Source: Scenedesmus sp. PABB004 (lineage: Eukaryota). From it: a DNA stretch of 64,000 nucleotides. Positions 59,101 to 64,000 of the stretch are shown here, piece by piece. A model generated the notes under the pieces. That model worked only from the letters and a program-made list of their open reading frames with translations, was not told the origin of the DNA and made no database searches. The first letter of the stretch is position 1. Every line of letters begins with the position of its first letter. Both the position numbers and the translations under genes were made by a program. The stretch covers positions 806,001 to 870,000 of the forward strand of contig JABVCE010000007.1 of the NCBI GenBank assembly GCA_014905635.1, read 5' to 3'.

Positions 59101-60104
59101 TGCGCAGCGGCAGCAGCCTCGTGCTGCGCCCGCCACAGCCGCAGCCGCCGATGAGCGCGCGCGGCGGCGCCGCCTGGGCGGCGGCCGGCGGGGCGGGGCT
59201 GCCGCCGCTGCCGGGGCGGCGCGGCAGCGGCAGCGCCGCCGCGCCGGGCGTGGCGGTGGTGGGGCTCGCGCTGCTGCACCCCAACCTGTCGGGCCACCAG
59301 GTCCCCCCTTCATGCGCCTTCTGTCCACCAGCAGCCTGGGGCGCTCGATGCTGCGGCCGCTGCTGCGCAGCGAGGTGCGCCGCGCGCGGCCGCTCGCGCC
59401 GCCGCCGCCGCTGCCGCGGCCGCTCGCGCCGCCGGCGCCGGCGCCGCGGCCCGCGCTCACCACTGCTCGCCGCCGGCCCTGCCCCCGCGCCGCTGCCCCC
59501 GCCGCGGCGCCCAGCTGGGCGAGGTGGCCAACCGCCGCGCCTGGCGGCACCCCGACCGCATCAGCCGCGACCTGCTCGCACACTATCGGCGCCCCCTCCG
59601 CTGCACCAACTGGGACGGCGCGCTGCTCGCCACGAGCCGCGCCGCGGGCGCGCTGAGCCCGCGGCGCGTCGCGGCGCAGTTTGGCGCGCTGCGCGCTCTG
59701 CCCGTGCTGCTGCTCACGGGTGCGGCGGCGCCCGCGGCGCCCGCGCCGGCGCTGCGCGCACGCCCGCCCGCGCGCCGCACGCGTCCCGCCCCCGCCCACG
59801 CTCGCAACCACCCGCCACACACATGCGCGCAGGGGAGCACGACCGCATCGCCACGCCCGCCAAGGCCTCGGCGATCGCCGCGCTGCTGCCCCGCGCGCGG
59901 CGCGGCGTCGTGCCGGCGTGCGGCCACCTCTCGCACGAGGAGGCGCCGCAGCAGCTGGTGGCGCAGCTCGCGCCCTTCTGCAGGGAGCTGCTCGCCGCGG
60001 CGGCAGCGGCGGAGGGAGCGGAGGGAGCTGAGGGAGCGGGGGCGTCGGCGGAGAGCGACGGCGGCGCGGCAGCCGTGCCGCAGGGCGGGGCGGGCATTGT
60101 TTGA
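56118..60104 (+). CDS. Membrane-anchored alpha/beta-hydrolase-fold protein (N-terminal multi-TM domain; GHADG elbow)
   Basis: LADADSLFVEVGGLVVHYK; LVLIHSFGGGVFAWRHV; VVAFDRPGFGLTSRP; NPYS; LVGHADG; LPVLLLTGEHD; CGHLSHEEAP; hydrophobic N-terminal exons; apparent 1-nt frameshift at 59303-59308. Confidence 0.88.
56836..57022 (+). repeat. (CCTCA)n pentamer array filling an intron
   Basis: About 30 partly degenerate cctca units between the GT donor (~56813) and the AG at 57029-57030. Confidence 0.92.
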
Positions 60105-60490
60105 TCGACCTCAACCTCCCAATTGGAAGTTGCATGGCAGGGATTCTTCTCTTGTACACGTGTGTGCGCGCGCTGCGCTGCCTGCATCGCTGCAGGGTCA
60201 ACAGTCAACGGGGGTCGGGCGCCGGCCCTGCGGCGACCGCATGTGCAGGGCAAGGCAATCCGCCGCCGCCACGCTCGCGCCACCGCGGTCGCGCCACCCC
60301 CGGACGAGCGAAAAAGTGCAGCCCCCCCCCCCCCCCCGCGCACACGGCGCGCAGCCGCAGCGTGCTCAGTGCGGCGCCCAAGGGAACGACCCATGCAGTT
60401 CTGAGCTCAGCGAGGCTCGAGCCTCGCCCCTGGCATCGCGGGCTGCGCCAAATGTACACCACAGCGGGCCGCCACGTGGGACCCGCGAGT

Positions 60491-63400
60491 TCAGTGCTGC
60501 GCCCCGTTGCTGCTGCTGCTGCTGCTGCCCGGCCCCAGCGCGCAGGCCGCCACGGCCAGCACCCCGGCGCTGGCCGCGCCGCCTGCGCCTGCTGCGGCGA
60601 CCGTGGGGCAGGCGCCTGGCGCCGCCGCGCCCGCGGCGGCGCCCGCGGCGGCGCAGGGGCCCCGGCCGCACATGGCCCGCACGGCGCGCACGGCGCGCAG
60701 CCCCCCGCGACGCCCTCCGGCGCGACGCTGCCGCCAGAGTCGGCACACGCAGCCAGCGCCTGCACGCCGCCGCCATCGCACAGCGTGCAGCCGCCGGCCG
60801 CCGCCGGCGCGAGGCGCGGGTTTGCCGCCGCGCCCGGCGGCAGCACGCCGGCGCCTTCGAGGCGCTGCAGCGTCGCGTTGCAGCTCTGCGCGCGTGACAG
60901 GGCGCGGCTCAGCTCCGCGTGCTGCCGCCGCGCCAGCGCCGCCGCCTGCTGCGTCTCCAAGTCCAGCAGCACCCTGCGCAGCGCCTCGTACACGCCAAAC
61001 GAGATCGCCGCGCTCGGGAGAAGGCGAAGCATCGCCGCCCCGACGCCGCTGCGCGCGCGCGCGGGCGCCCGCGCGCGCGTCAGGCGGCGGCGGGGGTGGC
61101 GGCGCGCCTGGCGGCGGCGGCGGCCGCGCGGCGGCGGCGGCGGCGCGCGGGCGCGCGCGTGCGCACCGGTACAGCGCGGCCGGGCCGCCGTCCTGCAAAA
61201 TGCTGCGCACCACCTGGCCGACGCTCGGCGCCGCGCCCGCGGCCGCGAGCGCACCGCCGGCGACGCCGCCGCCGCCGCTGCCGCCGCGGCGGCGGGCGGC
61301 GGCGGCGGCGGCACGCCCGCGAGCTGCATGCGCCGCGAGACCGTCTCCAGCGGAAAGACCACCAGCTGCCCGCACCCGCTCGCAAACGCGCCGGCGAGGA
61401 GGCTGAACGGCACGCCCGGCTCGCGGCGGTGCGCGCGGCGGTAGCCGCGCTTGATCAGGTCGTGGAGCCTGCGGCCCGGCAGTGGCGGGCGGACGGTGGT
61501 GCGAGGTGCGTGGGTGGGCGGCGCGGCGCGGCAGCGGCGGTGGCAGCGACAGGAGCAACGGGCGCACGGCCCGGACGCGGCGGCCGCGCCCCGCGCACGA
61601 GCGCCCCGCCGCCGCACCCGTAGGTGATCGCCGCCTCGGGCGCGATGGCAGCCAGGCTGGGGGCCAGGCCGACGAAGAACGCGCCCGGGCCGCCGCGCGC
61701 GGCCATCGTCGCGGCGCACGCGGCGATGCCGCCGGCGCCGGGCCCGCCGAGCGTGAGCCGCGTGCGCAGGACCTCGAGCGGGTACAACAGCGCCCACGAC
61801 GCCCGCGCCCGCGAGCCCCGCGGCGGCAAAGGTCATGGAATAGCTGTCCCCGAGGATGCGCTTGAAGCTGCGGCGGCGGCGCGGGGTCGGCGGCGCGGGG
61901 GTCGGCATGCGTGGCGGCGGCGGCGGCGGCATGCGCGGCATGCGCGTGCGTCGGGCGCCCCGCGCAGCTCCTCCCGCGCGGCGAGGGGCTGACATAAGCC
62001 GCGCGCTCACGTGTCGAACCCGAAAAAGTCAATCGCGCGCGCCGGCGCGGAGCGCAGCACATTGATGACGTTGCCGCGGTACAGCGCCGCCACGCCGCCC
62101 TCCGCGAGCAGCGCTCGCGCGGCGGCCGCGAGGCTCGTGCCGGGCGGCATCGCGCCTGGCGGCACGGCGCGGCGCGGCGCGGGCGTCGGCGTCGGGCGCG
62201 GCGCCGGGCGCGGCGCCGCGGTCGCGGCGCTGCCGCGCGCGCGCCCACCTGCCATCGCCGCCATGCGCAGCGTCTCCAGCGGCGCGGTGGCGGTGCGGCT
62301 CGCGGCGCCCGCGACTGCGCCCGCGAGCAGGTGGCCTGCGGCCGCGGCGGCGGCGGCGGCGGCGGCGCCTCGGCGGACGGCCCCGCTCGCGCGGCGCGGC
62401 GGCCCGCCGCCGCTCGCAGCCGCCGCAGGCGCTGCGCCCCCGCCACAGGCGCAGGCGCCGCACCCCAGGGCGAGCCCCGGTGCTCGGCGCGGCGCTCCAG
62501 CAGCGAGAAGTGGCCGCCCGCGTCGGCGCACTCGGCGCTGCTGCAGCCGCTGAGCCAGTACTCTGTGAGCAGGCTCTGCTGCGGGAGCAGCGCAAAAAAG
62601 TCACGAAACTCGGCAAAGCTCAGCCGCCTGCGCGGCCGCGCGCGCGCGCGGCGGCGGTCGGGGCGGCGCGCGGGGGCAGGCGGGTGGGTAAGGAGCGAGG
62701 GACGAGTGACGCGAGCAGGGAGCGGGCGGGCAGGCGGCGACCGCACCGGTCGGCGTCGATGTGGAGCCGCTCCAGCAGCTGCCCCACCACCTCTGCCCGC
62801 GAGCGGAACACGCAGCGCCCGGGCCCCGAGCACACCGCGACGCGCGCGAGCGAGACGTGCAGGTCCTGCGCCGAGATGCTGCCGTCGCCGTCTGCGGCGC
62901 GGCGGGTGCGCGGTGCGGCGCGTCGACGGCGGCGCGGCGCGGCGCGGCGCTGCCGCCGGTGTGCCGCCCGCCGGCCCCCGTGCACGCGCGCCGGCGGCGC
63001 ACCGAGGTCGAACTGGCGGAACGCCTCCCGCAGCCCCGCCTCGCGCGACGCCACAAACTCGCGGAACGCCGCAAACCCGACCTGCCCGGGCGCGGCGCGG
63101 CACGGGCCGCGCGGCAGCAGCGGCTCAGCGCGGGCGCGCGGCTGCCGCCGTTGCTGTCGCCGTTGTTGCTGCCGCCACCGCCGCTGCCGCTGCCGCCGCC
63201 GCCGCTGTCGCCCCTGCCGCCGCTGAGGCGGCGGGCTCACCTCGCCATCGAGCTCCTCCGACGAGCCGCCGCCGACGGCGCCGCCGCCGCCGCGCGCGGC
63301 CGCGCGGCGCTGCTCCTGCTGCTCCTCCGCGAGCGCGTCAAAGTAGGGCCGCACGTAGCTGCCCGGCAGCGCGTTGGCCTCGGCGTACGCGGCGAGGTCC

Positions 63401-63880
63401 TCGAGGCTGATGGTCCCCTTGGACTGCCGGTCGATCGCGCGGAAGGTCGACCGAATGCGCTCCTCCTGGCCCGCGGCGCCGCCCCAGAAGCTGCGCGGCG
63501 CGGTTCGCGTGTCGGGGGAGGCGGGGTGCCAGCCGTGAGGCGCGGCGCGCACAAGAGAGAGAGAGAGAGACGCGTTCAAAGGCGCGGCCGAGCAGCAGCG
63601 GAACGCGCGAGCGCGGGATGAGTGCGGCGGCGCCGGCGCGCTGTCGCTGCTGCTTCACCGCAGCGGGGCACGCGGCGCGCGCCCACCTGGAGAGGCTGGC
63701 GAGCGGCGCCGGGCGCACGCGGCGGCGCCGCCGCGCGCCGCCGCCCGCGCCGCCGCCGGCCCATGCCGCCGGCGGCGCTAGGCCAAACGCGAGCTCGCGT
63801 GCTGTTGCGTGTGCGGTGGCGGGTGTCCCAGCCAGCAGCAGCGCGGACGGCGGGCTCGCGACGAAGCGCGCTGGCGGCAT
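60491..63880 (-). CDS. EF-hand calcium-regulated mitochondrial carrier (SCaMC/APC, ATP-Mg/Pi carrier-like)
   Basis: EF hands FRAIDRQSKGTISLEDL and FRQFDLDGDGSISAQDL; LSFAEFRDFFALLP; carrier motifs HLLAGAVAGAASRTATAPLETLR, LYRGNVINVLRSAP, YPLEVLRTRL, FPLETVSRRMQ, LRLLPSAAISFGVYE. The stop is at 60491 or 60205 depending on an indel; apparent frameshift at ~61803. Confidence 0.88.
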
Positions 63881-64000
63881 GGGCCGCAGCGAAGGCGCGC
63901 GCGGCGGGTGGGGATGTCGCGCGCGTGCCGACCCTGTCCCGGGAGTGACGTGAGGGTCGCACGCGTTGTCGTCGTCGAGTGAGGGGCGCGGCGCCCGCGC

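Noticed and set aside
1..64000. Numerous long Arg/Ala/Pro-rich six-frame ORFs (e.g. 6013-9480, 27663-30728, 32350-35535)
   Set aside because: Stop codons are rare at ~80% GC. These ORFs run through introns or are antisense shadows of the spliced genes.

Overview
Gene-dense, extremely GC-rich (~80% by eye) eukaryotic nuclear DNA with many short spliceosomal introns. Gene content (Mbb1, fibrillin, plastid-type PFK, AP2 factor) and TGTAA polyadenylation signals point to a chlorophyte green alga; a Sphaeropleales-like lineage is my inference. Most long six-frame ORFs are GC shadows, so I rebuilt gene models by reading splice junctions. About 21 genes, left to right: AP2 factor, YisB-like HNH protein, possible XRCC4/XLF-like protein, PIG-Y, calreticulin, coiled-coil/Sfi1-like protein, two divergent sulfatases, PFK-like protein, GNA1, Cys-rich secreted protein, polyprenol reductase, spermidine synthase, Mbb1/HCF107, small secreted orphan, fibrillin, SelenoF-like protein, RCC1-repeat protein, multicopper oxidase, membrane-anchored alpha/beta-hydrolase-like protein and an EF-hand mitochondrial carrier. 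No RNA genes, CRISPR array or intact transposon were recognised. Main oddities: about 20 weak-consensus GC-AG introns; an intron whose 3' end duplicates the preceding exon end; an 11-nt AP2 microexon; tandem branch-point-like repeats; several enzymes with non-canonical catalytic motifs; a loose ER-glycosylation gene neighbourhood; and single-base frameshifts at G/C runs that are probably assembly errors. CDS spans include introns, and family calls rest on recalled motifs, not database searches.
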